From an uncultured virus (IMG/VR IMGVR_UViG_2651869816_000009) (taxonomy: Duplodnaviria; Heunggongvirae; Uroviricota; Caudoviricetes), in IMG/VR virus record IMGVR_UViG_2651869816_000009: a stretch of 64,000 bases of DNA; one strand, 5' to 3'. The position numbers and the translations under genes are program-made. Numbering within the stretch: position 1 is the first letter of the stretch; the number at the start of each line of letters is the position of its first letter. Under the pieces are notes generated by a model. It had not been told where the DNA came from, searched no databases, and saw nothing but the letters and a program-made list of their open reading frames with translations. This document shows, in pieces, positions 49,377-59,361 of this stretch.

Positions 49377-50696
49377 CTAGAATCCTAATTGTGATCGGCT
49401 CATACTTCTTACTTTGCCTTGTTTCTTCATGTCCTTCTCCATTGCATAACGCACCATATCAATTGTGTGATTATCTTTATCTTGTAAACGTGGTCTAGGG
49501 TTGCCGTCCTTATCCGTTTCCCAATCAGCGTTTTCAAACTCACTCAATGTATTAGGGCAACGTTTCGGATCAATAACGATCGCGTATAGATCGCCCAGCC
49601 ATTCCGTGCCGTACTCAACACTATCTGGCCCTTTCTTAGCACCCTTCACCTTTCTTATATCGTGTTCGTTCTTTAATTCAGCAATAGACTTCGGCTCGGC
49701 ACTATCACACGTTATTTCTATATCTTGATAGCCTTTTTTCTTGATCCATTCAGCTAACTTCCTATTTGATATTTGCACTCCATACAATTCATCGAATATG
49801 TATAACGTGTTCTTCTTTCTATCAAAATGCATACGGCCAAACGCTAGCGGATCAGTAGCATAACCAAAATCAATCCCTTGACGTATGTTATCGAATTGAC
49901 TGATCTGTTCGTCTGTTATTTCAGCACTAACAATGTTATCGAATGGTACAACGCCAGACCCTATTGCTTCGCCGAGATATTCCCAGCGATACTTTAGCGG
50001 GTTCATTTCCTTTTCAATTTCAGCTTCTTCATAGAATGCCTTTGTTAAATGTTTGTTATCTAAATACGTTGAATGGTTTACATGTGTGTTATCTGGTATG
50101 AATGAACTGTTATATTTCTTGTTCAGCCAGTGAGCGCGTCTTTTAGGCGGGTTATAGCTGTAGAAGAATGTATATTCATAGTTTGGTAGTTCTGGCCTAT
50201 GCTCTGGCTTGATCTCAAACTCACCACGTAATATTGATTTCTCAATGATAGATATTTCTTCTTCTTTTCTAAACTCGCCGATCTCTTCCACCCATAAACC
50301 CATGATTGGAAACTTAGCATCTTTAATAGACTTGATCCGTTCTGGTTCTTCACATCCGAGAAAATATATCTTATTCCCTCTGGGCTTGTACTCGATCACC
50401 AGGCGTGACGGTATGCAACGGAATAAATGAGCAATACCTAATATCTCCATTGCTTCTTTTAGCTGTTCAAATACCGATCTAACAACTGTATTCTGTACTT
50501 TGCGCAATACCAGCCAACTGATCGGATATTCCATAATGTCCATTAGTATGCGGAATGGTATGAAGTAGCTTTTACCAGACGCACGGCCACCCTTTAACAC
50601 ATAACGTAAACAGTCGCGCATTTCAGATAGATAATAAACTTTACGAAAACGCGGGCTGATCACGTTTCGCATATCTATATGAACGTTGTTACTCAT
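49377..50696 (-). CDS. terL: Terminase large subunit (PBSX family)
   Basis: KGGRASGKS, WVEE, GIDFGY, DSAEP, DNHTIDMVRY. Confidence 0.95.
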   Translation of the reverse strand: MSNNVHIDMRNVISPRFRKVYYLSEMRDCLRYVLKGGRASGKSYFIPFRILMDIMEYPISWLVLRKVQNTVVRSVFEQLKEAMEILGIAHLFRCIPSRLVIEYKPRGNKIYFLGCEEPERIKSIKDAKFPIMGLWVEEIGEFRKEEEISIIEKSILRGEFEIKPEHRPELPNYEYTFFYSYNPPKRRAHWLNKKYNSSFIPDNTHVNHSTYLDNKHLTKAFYEEAEIEKEMNPLKYRWEYLGEAIGSGVVPFDNIVSAEITDEQISQFDNIRQGIDFGYATDPLAFGRMHFDRKKNTLYIFDELYGVQISNRKLAEWIKKKGYQDIEITCDSAEPKSIAELKNEHDIRKVKGAKKGPDSVEYGTEWLGDLYAIVIDPKRCPNTLSEFENADWETDKDGNPRPRLQDKDNHTIDMVRYAMEKDMKKQGKVRSMSRSQLGF

Positions 50697-50960
50697 TCGA
50701 CCACCCCAAACACCCATAAAATGAAGTATAGGGCCGATAGAATGATGAATATATCAAACATACTCATTTCCTTCTTTTCCTCTCACACCTGTTTAATAGG
50801 GCCATCGGTATTGTTACCATTGATAACATCAAGATAGATACAGCAATACCTTGCCAGGCTTCTAACGTAGACATAACTTATCACTCCCATACCACTTCAT
50901 AGGATATAAAACACGGCCAATTCTGAAATACTCAATTCCGCTTTTCGTTGTTCCATACAT
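50693..50960 (-). CDS. Three coupled tiny ORFs (32, 36 and 24 aa) between terS and terL
   Basis: 50862-50960, 50764-50874 and 50693-50767; overlapping starts and stops; two are hydrophobic. Confidence 0.5.
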
Positions 50961-51448
50961 CAGCATTCACACTCCCTATAATGTTTGTTACAGTCTGGGC
51001 ATGTATCACCAATTGATCCATTGATCGTAACGTTTGCTGTTGTCTCATTTTCCTGGCGTTCGATCCATAACCTATGACGTTTACCTAACTGAATTCCCGC
51101 ATTGATTCGTTCGCCTATTGACGGCTCTATTGTTGAGATAACTTGTTCACCCATACCAACACCGCGTAACGTCTTTCCTGTAGCTTCTCCACGCATTACA
51201 GATGTTAGAAACTCTAATACTTCATTTCCGTCCGCAATGCGCTTAGAATCAACGTCAGACATCCGAGAATCAATATAAGACGAAACATTAACATTCTTTA
51301 ACAAACGAGAACTACCAGCCGATACTATAGAATCACTTTTACAATCGTAACCAGCCCTTCTATATGCTTCAGTTGCATTTCCCGTTTCTATGAAATAATC
51401 AGCAAATCTTTTTTGCCTTTCATTTAACCCATGATTCATTCTTTCCAC
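50960..51448 (-). CDS. terS: Terminase small subunit
   Basis: LNERQKRFADYF...NATEAYRRAGY, EVLEFLTSVMRGE, LGKRH. Confidence 0.93.
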   Translation of the reverse strand: MERMNHGLNERQKRFADYFIETGNATEAYRRAGYDCKSDSIVSAGSSRLLKNVNVSSYIDSRMSDVDSKRIADGNEVLEFLTSVMRGEATGKTLRGVGMGEQVISTIEPSIGERINAGIQLGKRHRLWIERQENETTANVTINGSIGDTCPDCNKHYRECEC

Positions 51449-51536
51449 CTTCCTTAATTGGTTACTACGATCGTAGTTACTCTATGATTATACCATAAAT
51501 GTTTAATAGTTTTGGATCAAGAAAAAAGAGACTGTA

Positions 51537-51875
51537 TTAATAGTCTCTTAATCGTTGCACGATATTTAATTCTACATAGTCGATAGAATCACGAGGAATG
51601 CTTACAACATTACCACTACCCGTCATGCCGTGGATCGTGTCAGCCATGTCAGTTTCATCATCTTTCATTTCTTTATAAATCATCTCTTCAGTGATTGTAA
51701 CACCTTGTTCTTTTTCGAATTCCGTGATGTCTTCATACAACATAACAGCGCGCCCGCTTTTTAAATGTACTTGCATTTGAATTTCTCGAATGTGTGTATG
51801 ATTGTCTCCAGGTTTCTTTTCTACCTCTGGTTGATCAACCGTTTCTTTTACCTTGTTTTCATTTTTATTTTCCAT
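51537..51875 (-). CDS. Hypothetical protein
   Basis: ORF; likely start MENK with RBS AAGGAAA. Confidence 0.65.
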   Translation of the reverse strand: MENKNENKVKETVDQPEVEKKPGDNHTHIREIQMQVHLKSGRAVMLYEDITEFEKEQGVTITEEMIYKEMKDDETDMADTIHGMTGSGNVVSIPRDSIDYVELNIVQRLRDY

Positions 51876-52131
51876 TTTCCTTTTCCTCCTTATATAGCTT
51901 CTTATAACCCTTATCAATGTTATGAATGCCTAACAGTGTGCCAACAACGAATAATAACCAATGATACCAGGCGTTCCCGTTCACTACAGTTTGCCAGGCG
52001 CTACCGAAAATGATTAAACCGCATACCTTTTGTAACCAGCCGTTTTTAATATCAATTGTCACACTGATCTTAACGTCTTTCCAAAATGCTTTAGTGAACA
52101 ATGGTTTTAACTTTTTCAACTTCTCTTTCAT
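51865..52131 (-). CDS. Hypothetical membrane protein
   Basis: Two TM segments, RBS AGAGGTG. Confidence 0.65.
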   Translation of the reverse strand: MKEKLKKLKPLFTKAFWKDVKISVTIDIKNGWLQKVCGLIIFGSAWQTVVNGNAWYHWLLFVVGTLLGIHNIDKGYKKLYKEEKENGK

Positions 52132-52164
52132 GTTGTCACCTCTTTTATTTTTTGCTCTTATAGA

Positions 52165-53577
52165 AGAAAAACAAGACTGGCGAAAGTCTTGTTCTCAACT
52201 TGTAACTATAAAAGAAATGGTTTAGTAGGGACTTGAACCCTATCAGACCCGTTTTAAAGGCTCTGTTATACCAGATAGCTAAACCATGATTCCCAGCGAT
52301 CAACGCCAGGATCATTTTTATTCTCCTTAGAGTCGGATATACTTTAGATCGTTATCATCCGTTTCTATCCATTTTGTGTGTGACATGATCGCCTAGTTAT
52401 CAGTTAGAATCATGTTTTATTAAACTATCGTATGTTTGATAATAACCTTTGATAGTTATTTACCGTTATAGGACGGTATCACCTGTTAGTAGAACAATAA
52501 TTACCCACCAATGCAAGTGAGTTTCTATTGTTATTTGTTTTGTGTTTATAATAGTGTCCAGGTATCTGAAAACAGCTATTAAGAGGTTTCCACACCTCAT
52601 AAGACGTACAAGGTAAAAAGGAGGTTGGGCCATGCCTAGCCCAATGTATAATCAAAAATTCCAACGGGGATAAAAATGTTATACAAAAACCTTATACGCC
52701 TTATGAGATCATGAAGTCCATTAGTAAAACGATTTGTGAGTTACCCTATAGACTTCATTTACCTCATATATGTGTTTGTGTCTCAATAAGTTTGTATATG
52801 TCCGAAAGGATCATAAAACAAGCTATTCAGTTGTATTGGTTTCCTTTAGTTTTCCATCTATGGAGAAGTTTTAAGACTCCTTATTCAGTCTGGTTTTCTG
52901 TACGTGTGTTTTCCATCACTTGAATTTTCGAGACTTTATTGTCATTTGTTACATGATGTTATTTCGCAAAAATACTACACTTTTTACTATGATCTACTTT
53001 TAACAGTAGATAAAAAATAGTAGTAACGGTTTTAACCGTCCCTTTAAAGATAGAAGTAACACTTATGACCTTTCGATCTGGCTTTCTACCCTTAAAGGGA
53101 AGGACAAAACGGTTGTCCAACCCCACCAACAAGGAGTATCTAACAATGAACAAGTAACCTATCATCTTCACAATGATCTGGAGGTAACCAGCCTCCTTTA
53201 AAGGCACAAACGAGAAGAACGTGTGTGAGTTAGCAAGGTTAATATATATAGCAATTGGAGGTGAACATATATTAAAAACTCGCTTATGCCCTTAAAGGAA
53301 GATGTCTCTTCCCTCGATTCATTTAAACAGCTTTCACCGTTCCCATTGATTCGATCCATTTCAGAAAACAAGAATTTTACGTATAGACATAGACTTTGAG
53401 CAATTATGAAATTAGATGTTGTTAGCGTATGTGTGAGCAATTACTAACAGTAAGGCGTTTTAACAAGGTTACGAAAACAAACGATGTTAAATGTAGAATA
53501 TTTTCTCTTGTATATCGAATACAAAATTTAATATGTTCTGGTTTTCCGACCAGGTAAGAGAGCGTGTGTCCCTCTTA
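52165..53577 (-). ncRNA. Candidate large structured non-coding transcript (about 1.4 kb)
   Basis: SigA promoter at 53583-53611, many hairpins, no RBS-supported ORF, terminator at about 52165-52195. Confidence 0.55.
52218..52285 (-). tRNA. tRNA-like element (non-canonical, D stem missing)
   Basis: GGTTTAG/CTAAACC acceptor stem plus A; T arm TAGGG-TTCAAGT-CCCTA; irregular anticodon arm. Confidence 0.5.
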
Positions 53578-53582
53578 CAATT

Positions 53583-53611
53583 ACTATAGTAACACCTCTA
53601 ATTCTATTCAA
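53583..53611 (-). promoter_or_regulatory. SigA promoter TTGAAT-N17-TATAGT
   Basis: Near-consensus hexamers with 17-nt spacer. Confidence 0.7.
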
Positions 53612-53700
53612 CAAGAATTGTATACTTTTAGATATTGTTTTTTATAAAGTTGGTTTTAAATTATCAGATAGTTTATTTTGACAATAAAAAAGAGCCCTTG

Positions 53701-53940
53701 TTATAAGGACTCGACAACTTCATTATATGTTCTTTGTTCATGGTATAGCCTAGCTTCAACGTTAACGGGATTTAAACCGTATCTATTAGCAAAACCTACT
53801 ATCAGTTTCTCTATATCATCCTCAATCAATACATAACCTTCTTTAGATGGTAATTCATAAGTGTAGTGTTCGTAGATTACCAATAGATCACGATATTCAT
53901 TTTCCCTCTCGTTTTGTTTAATAGTTTTAGATTCATTCAT
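53701..53940 (-). CDS. Hypothetical protein
   Basis: 79 aa, RBS AAGGAG. Confidence 0.55.
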   Translation of the reverse strand: MNESKTIKQNERENEYRDLLVIYEHYTYELPSKEGYVLIEDDIEKLIVGFANRYGLNPVNVEARLYHEQRTYNEVVESL

Positions 53941-54241
53941 GTTATTAATCTCCTTTTGGGTTTATGGTTTTAGTTTTCTTTCGATTTATTTATAAATGGA
54001 CTTATCCATTAAGGCCAAAACATCAGCGGTTTTTCTTTTAAAATCATTTAACTTCCTTATTATATATATCACGAATATTTTCAATAGTAAAATAATATTT
54101 TTTATACATAGCCTTGAACCCTTGATAACTCTACATTCTTACTTTGTATCACACACTTGACAAGATTTTTGGAATAATATAACAAACGTTGATTCTATGC
54201 ATTGTGTCAAATTGACACGATCGAATAGGTCAAATTAGTAA

Positions 54242-54517
54242 TCACGTTCTCAACCCATACAAAACTTCTCCACAATAGACATCACAAAACCCGTATTTCA
54301 TTTGATAATCGTTTCTGGCTTCTAGTTGTTTATTGCATTGTTCGCACCACCTAGCAACCCTAGTAAACTTATATCGTGGCCCGCGTTTCATCTTTGACCA
54401 GTATTTATCTTTCTCTAACATTTCTTGTAACCAGGATTCCATTTCCTTTTTATCCTTCATAGATGGTTTATACTGATCTTTAGGTAACACTTTTTTGATC
54501 TGTCTCATTACCAGCAC
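54242..54517 (-). CDS. Hypothetical zinc-finger-like protein
   Basis: CEQC...FCDVYC. Confidence 0.6.
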   Translation of the reverse strand: MLVMRQIKKVLPKDQYKPSMKDKKEMESWLQEMLEKDKYWSKMKRGPRYKFTRVARWCEQCNKQLEARNDYQMKYGFCDVYCGEVLYGLRT

Positions 54518-54651
54518 CCCTTATGCGTTTGAAATATACTATAGATCGTGATCTTCTTATCCCTCTGGTCCATCGGTTTGCAACATACTAAACATTTGAT
54601 CTGATACCCTTTAGTGAAATAACGTTTAATTCTTTTCTTTCTATTCATTTT

Positions 54652-54846
54652 CTATCTCCTCCAGATCGCTTTCTTTTTCTCTGTCATCGTCAAGGGCTTG
54701 TCCTCATTATGGTATAACCTTCTAAACTCTCTAAAAGTCTTCTCCATGTCCCAGGACTCTATTTCCTCTCGCCGTCGCCAACCTAACTTTGATTCTATAT
54801 ATCTTCTCATTCCTTCTACATGCCGTTGATCATAGTAATTCATCAA
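54652..54846 (-). CDS. Hypothetical protein
   Basis: 64 aa, in a run of coupled small ORFs. Confidence 0.55.
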   Translation of the reverse strand: MMNYYDQRHVEGMRRYIESKLGWRRREEIESWDMEKTFREFRRLYHNEDKPLTMTEKKKAIWRR

Positions 54847-55283
54847 TTCACTTCCCTGTAATGAACCTTGTCACAACGATTGCACTTAAATTTTTGTTCT
54901 GTTATGCCGTTGATCGTCAATGATCCTTTATAATCCCAATTATGACAACCAAACAAATAATTACATATAAAACGTTTGATACACGCTATCACGCTTCTTC
55001 CACCTCCAGTATAGCTAAAGGTTTATAATTCAAAGCAACATGCATTTCCGCGCTGTGCGCTGTTTTAGCTAGTATTTCAACGCTGTCTTCTCCTTGATCA
55101 GTTAAAAAAGTTACCTTCCATAATAAATCCATTAACGTAACACCTTCTTTGCAAACTCTTTGTTAACTGTATCCATGCGCTTATTTAAACTTCTTACAAG
55201 ATCACTTAAATTCAATTTACCTTCCCTATGTTGCTGTAGTAATGATTCCATCATACTAAGTTGACCGTATACTTTATTTTCAT

Positions 55284-55883
55284 TCACGAATAATCCCACA
55301 CTTTCGCTTTTTTGTTGTAGATCGCCACCACTAATTGAATTCCATACTTCACTTCAAATAAATGCTTTCTCAAACTGAAATCTCGTGGTATGGCCATTTT
55401 GCTTCCTTTTACATCAAAGGCCACTTTTCCGACTCCTGTTATATCGCACACCAGATCAGGCGTGTATGACTTCTTTCTAACCTTCCTTTTCCCAGCCTGG
55501 TTAACAATGCTGGCGATCTCGTACCCGTCTAATAGATGATACGTTTTGTGCAACTCAATATTTGATACGTGTTTTGTATTCGACATCATGATATAAAAGT
55601 CGCGTTCTGTCATAGAATCAAACTTGTGACCGTCATATTCCACTTTGACAGCATTGACTTTCTTTCTCGGCTTCTTCTTTGTCTTGAACATACCTTCTAT
55701 GTCATATTCTTTTTTAAGCCACTTAACAGCCGTAGCCTTTGTTCCAGCAACGCCCTTTAAAGTTTCGTTTCCGTCCTCGTTTATTATGTAATATCTATAG
55801 GACAACACGTTTTTCTTAATGCACTCTCTCACCTCAAAGGTAAGAGAGCCCGTTTTATTCATCCAAACTTTATTCAATCTCAT
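55284..55883 (-). CDS. DUF1064 family PD-(D/E)XK nuclease
   Basis: DGHKFDS...E, YTPD...DVKG. Confidence 0.8.
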   Translation of the reverse strand: MRLNKVWMNKTGSLTFEVRECIKKNVLSYRYYIINEDGNETLKGVAGTKATAVKWLKKEYDIEGMFKTKKKPRKKVNAVKVEYDGHKFDSMTERDFYIMMSNTKHVSNIELHKTYHLLDGYEIASIVNQAGKRKVRKKSYTPDLVCDITGVGKVAFDVKGSKMAIPRDFSLRKHLFEVKYGIQLVVAIYNKKAKVWDYS

Positions 55884-56136
55884 TTAACGCGCGCTCCTTT
55901 ATTTCTTCAGCTATCGCGCCCATTCTGTCATGATCCATTTCTTCATACGGCGCATGTTTTAATCTCCATAATTCAAACTCTAATTCTACGATGGTTTTAT
56001 CTTTAATATCTTTATTCGCCATCTTTCATGATCCTTTCAGCCTTTTCTAGCAAGATCATACCGCCAGCAACTACAGGCGTAATAACCGCGGTTGAAACAA
56101 CTAAGTAATAAACGAATTCACCTAATAAATATGTCA

Positions 56137-56370
56137 TCATGCTTCTTCCTCCTTGATCCATTCTCCATTGATTCTTAATAGCTTAGTATTTTCATAAATA
56201 CCTTCTAAATCTTTTCTTCTATTCACATTGTTTTCAGCGATCCTTTCAACTGTTTCGCGAGCACGCCTTACAAGATCAATGTATTCCAGTTCCAATCTTT
56301 CGTTTTGTTTTTCGTAGTTTTCAACTTCTCTTTTGGTAACTACAATTCTAGCTTCTGGCCACTTTTTCAT
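56137..56370 (-). CDS. Hypothetical coiled-coil protein
   Basis: Coupled ORF. Confidence 0.6.
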   Translation of the reverse strand: MKKWPEARIVVTKREVENYEKQNERLELEYIDLVRRARETVERIAENNVNRRKDLEGIYENTKLLRINGEWIKEEEA

Positions 56371-56579
56371 ATCGCCCTTTCCTCCCTCATGATCTCGAAC
56401 AACTTATCTTCTTCTTGCTTGATGAATTTGTTTTGTTCGTCCAACTCTCTTTCTAGCTTCTTTAACGCTACAGCCGTGCATCCTCCTTGCTTTTTGCTTC
56501 TGATCCTCCATTCTTGATTGGATCGGATCGCATACCATTCTCCAAGGTTTCTGATCAATGTTTCTTTCACTTGTAACAA
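56367..56579 (-). CDS. Hypothetical protein
   Basis: Coupled ORF. Confidence 0.6.
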   Translation of the reverse strand: MLQVKETLIRNLGEWYAIRSNQEWRIRSKKQGGCTAVALKKLERELDEQNKFIKQEEDKLFEIMREERAI

Positions 56580-56767
56580 CCCCTTTTTATCATTTCATTA
56601 ACAATAAGTTTATTCCATTTTCCAGAATTGTTTAATAGATATGGATTTACAGCCGTTGAACAATCGTTAAATTTAATCTTTCCGTACTGTAGCAAAGATT
56701 CAATAACAATTATAAGCGACATAACTCTATCGTTCTTAGCTTCCATATACATTTCTTTTACCGTCAT
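56567..56767 (-). CDS. Hypothetical protein
   Basis: Coupled to the helicase gene. Confidence 0.6.
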   Translation of the reverse strand: MTVKEMYMEAKNDRVMSLIIVIESLLQYGKIKFNDCSTAVNPYLLNNSGKWNKLIVNEMIKRGCYK

Positions 56768-58098
56768 TCCTTTTCGACCTCTATAAACCTATTTGTCGGC
56801 CCGTGGAAAATCATGTTGTATGTACCTGGCTGTGATTGTCTCGCTTTAGCAACTATTATTTCAACGTCCTGGAATTCGTTTTTTCGCGCTTCTGGATCAT
56901 AATAGTCTTCTCTATGCGGGAATATAATTACATCGGCCACCTGTTCAATTTCACCCGTTTCGCGAATGTCAGACATTGCGGGCCTTTTGTCTTCCCTGTT
57001 TGTATTGCCACGGTTTAACTGTACTAATAGAATGATAGGCACTTTCAAACGAACGGCCAACTCTTTCAACTCTCGTACAATGTGCGCAAACCTTGTTTTA
57101 TCTTCATTCATGCCCTCACCTTCTACTTTAACGTGTGATATGTGGTCAATCATGAATACACATTTTTTAGTAGGGTTTTCTTTAACGGTTTTTCTGATCT
57201 CAGCTTTGATCAAACGCAAATCTTTTTCTTCGCTGATCTCTAAAGGCATATTACTTAATTCACCAACAGCGACAGTATATTTCGCATAAGATTCTCCTGG
57301 TTTGCCTGTTCGCCTATCAAGTATAGGGAAAAACTTGTTAGGGTTTCGCATTGATCCGACAGGAAGGTGTGATTGACCAGCGATCCAACGATCAATACAC
57401 TGGAATCCTGGCATTTCACAACTGAAATACTTCCCGTGGTACTCGTTTTCTAAATCCCTTGACGCTCCATTTCTCATACTATCGAGTGTCAGGGCCGTTT
57501 TACCCATACCAGGACGACCACCAACAATGATCAAGTCGCCGTCTTGCCAACCGTCTGTAAAGTTGTTCATTCCGTCCCAGCCAGTATCGACACCGCTTAT
57601 ACCTTCACTTTTCATATTAGCGTGTGTATTAACCCTATTGGAAAGCATATCCTGGAAAGTTTCTCTGTTCACAACCTTTTCTTCACTAATCTTTGTAACG
57701 TTGTTTAGAAGTGTTTCTGACGCGTGTGAACTGTTCCTATCTTCAGTAGCCTTTAAAAACTCTGACGCATGTTTTCTCATTTCCTCTACTTCGATAAAAT
57801 CAAACATTTTCTTTTCATAGAAACTAAAGTTTGACTTGTTTGATCCGTATGACATAACACTCATTAAATGATCCATGTCCAATTGACTATGATCAATAAT
57901 CATTTTAGGGCTTACATCTATTTCTTTATCAGATAATTTACAGATAGTTTCGAATAACTCTCTATTCTTTGCTGATAAAAAGTGTTTTTTAGAAAGCCTA
58001 CATTCATCTATCAATGTATTATCTTCAATCATTGCTTCCAGTACACTTATTTCCATTTCTGTATGGTTGTTGTATTTCGCTAATGCATTATTACCCAT
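56764..58098 (-). CDS. Replicative DNA helicase (DnaB family)
   Basis: GGRPGMGKT, FSCEM, IDH, QLNR, DIRETGEIEQVAD. Confidence 0.95.
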   Translation of the reverse strand: MGNNALAKYNNHTEMEISVLEAMIEDNTLIDECRLSKKHFLSAKNRELFETICKLSDKEIDVSPKMIIDHSQLDMDHLMSVMSYGSNKSNFSFYEKKMFDFIEVEEMRKHASEFLKATEDRNSSHASETLLNNVTKISEEKVVNRETFQDMLSNRVNTHANMKSEGISGVDTGWDGMNNFTDGWQDGDLIIVGGRPGMGKTALTLDSMRNGASRDLENEYHGKYFSCEMPGFQCIDRWIAGQSHLPVGSMRNPNKFFPILDRRTGKPGESYAKYTVAVGELSNMPLEISEEKDLRLIKAEIRKTVKENPTKKCVFMIDHISHVKVEGEGMNEDKTRFAHIVRELKELAVRLKVPIILLVQLNRGNTNREDKRPAMSDIRETGEIEQVADVIIFPHREDYYDPEARKNEFQDVEIIVAKARQSQPGTYNMIFHGPTNRFIEVEKE

Positions 58099-58135
58099 TG
58101 TTGTAATCTCCTTTCTAATAGATCGCTAGACGCTT

Positions 58136-58336
58136 TTAAAAGCGCCTTTCGTTTCTGTAGTTACAAGCGTCTACATCTGTATTGATCCTTGTAATGTCTA
58201 GCACCAGGCCAACAAATAAGAAATTCAATGTAAACATTTTAACTAATCCTGTAGCCCACTGGCCCACATAAAACTTATGCGCTCCAAATGTTCCAAATAA
58301 TGCCCATAAAATCCACGCTGTACTTTTCTTTTTCAT
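58136..58336 (-). CDS. TM2/NINE domain membrane protein
   Basis: KSTAWILW...FGAHKFYVG. Confidence 0.8.
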   Translation of the reverse strand: MKKKSTAWILWALFGTFGAHKFYVGQWATGLVKMFTLNFLFVGLVLDITRINTDVDACNYRNERRF

Positions 58337-58712
58337 AATTCGTTACCTCCGATTGTATGTATATATCAATACTTATTGTTAAATAGTGTGTATATACATG
58401 TCAACCGAACTTTAAAATTACCGATATTTCAGTTTTTTGATTCTCTCTTTGTTTAATAGAACAGGATTTATAGGTATGTAATACAGTAACTCATGATGTA
58501 TACAACCATGAAACAAAACGCTATTATACCAGATGCCGTCACAAACGCTTCTTTTGCTTCAGCTTTATTCATTGTCAATAACCTCCTGTATGTCTATTAC
58601 CCTTTCATAAGTACAAGCTAACATTTCACATTCGATGTATAAATCACCATCAAGTCTAGCGTTTATAAGACCTCCACACTCTGGGCATGTATTTTCAGTT
58701 GTTTCCCACATA

Positions 58713-58919
58713 TCAATAACCCTCCATTCGTTTTAAACATGTTTCTGGGCTTGTTCTCATTGTGTTTTCATCAAGACGCCACTCTACCATGTTTATAACT
58801 CGGCTCGGCCCTGTTGCATAATTCTGGATTGTTTGGAAACGTCTTATAACAGTACCTTCCTTTTGATCGTAAATGTTGCGCACCTTATCACCGTTATTAA
58901 ACTTGAATTTATTAAACAT
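58713..58919 (-). CDS. Hypothetical SH3-like protein
   Basis: KFNNGDKV...GTV. Confidence 0.55.
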   Translation of the reverse strand: MFNKFKFNNGDKVRNIYDQKEGTVIRRFQTIQNYATGPSRVINMVEWRLDENTMRTSPETCLKRMEGY

Positions 58920-59193
58920 TCGCCGTCACCTCCAGATCGCACGGCATGCATAGCGGGCCATCTTCGTATGATTCACAATGACACTTGATACATTCTTTCG
59001 GTACATCCTGGTGTGAAATAATGCTGTATTTCATGTTTTCTGGCACATTAACTCTTTCGAACTGTTTATCTAGCATGATGCACCAATCAATAAATCCGTA
59101 GATACAAGCAACGCTTTTCGCGTCACTCATATCATAATATGTATTTTTACCTGTTAATAGGTCGCGTTGTTTAATGAAAATTTCTTCTCTCAT
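58912..59193 (-). CDS. Hypothetical protein with Cys cluster
   Basis: CIKC...CMPC; RBS GGAGGT. Confidence 0.6.
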   Translation of the reverse strand: MREEIFIKQRDLLTGKNTYYDMSDAKSVACIYGFIDWCIMLDKQFERVNVPENMKYSIISHQDVPKECIKCHCESYEDGPLCMPCDLEVTANV

Positions 59194-59361
59194 TACTTCG
59201 TACCTCCAATTAATTGTTTAATAGTTTTGGATAACAGCTTTTCTTCGTCCATAACTGTTACAACCTTTGATGGCCGTGTCCCTTTGACACTTATTACTTT
59301 ACAACTATTTTTATATTTTGTAAAGATTTATTTATAAATTGTTTAATAAAATTGGATAATG

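Noticed and set aside
32862..50430. Many + strand and alternate-frame ORFs overlapping structural genes
   Set aside because: Shadow ORFs of long minus-strand genes, without RBS or recognisable motifs.
52479..53440. Track ORFs 52479-52664, 52711-52923, 52959-53207 and 53198-53440
   Set aside because: Mostly alternative starts, no convincing RBS, atypical composition, and they overlap strong RNA stems; treated as spurious.
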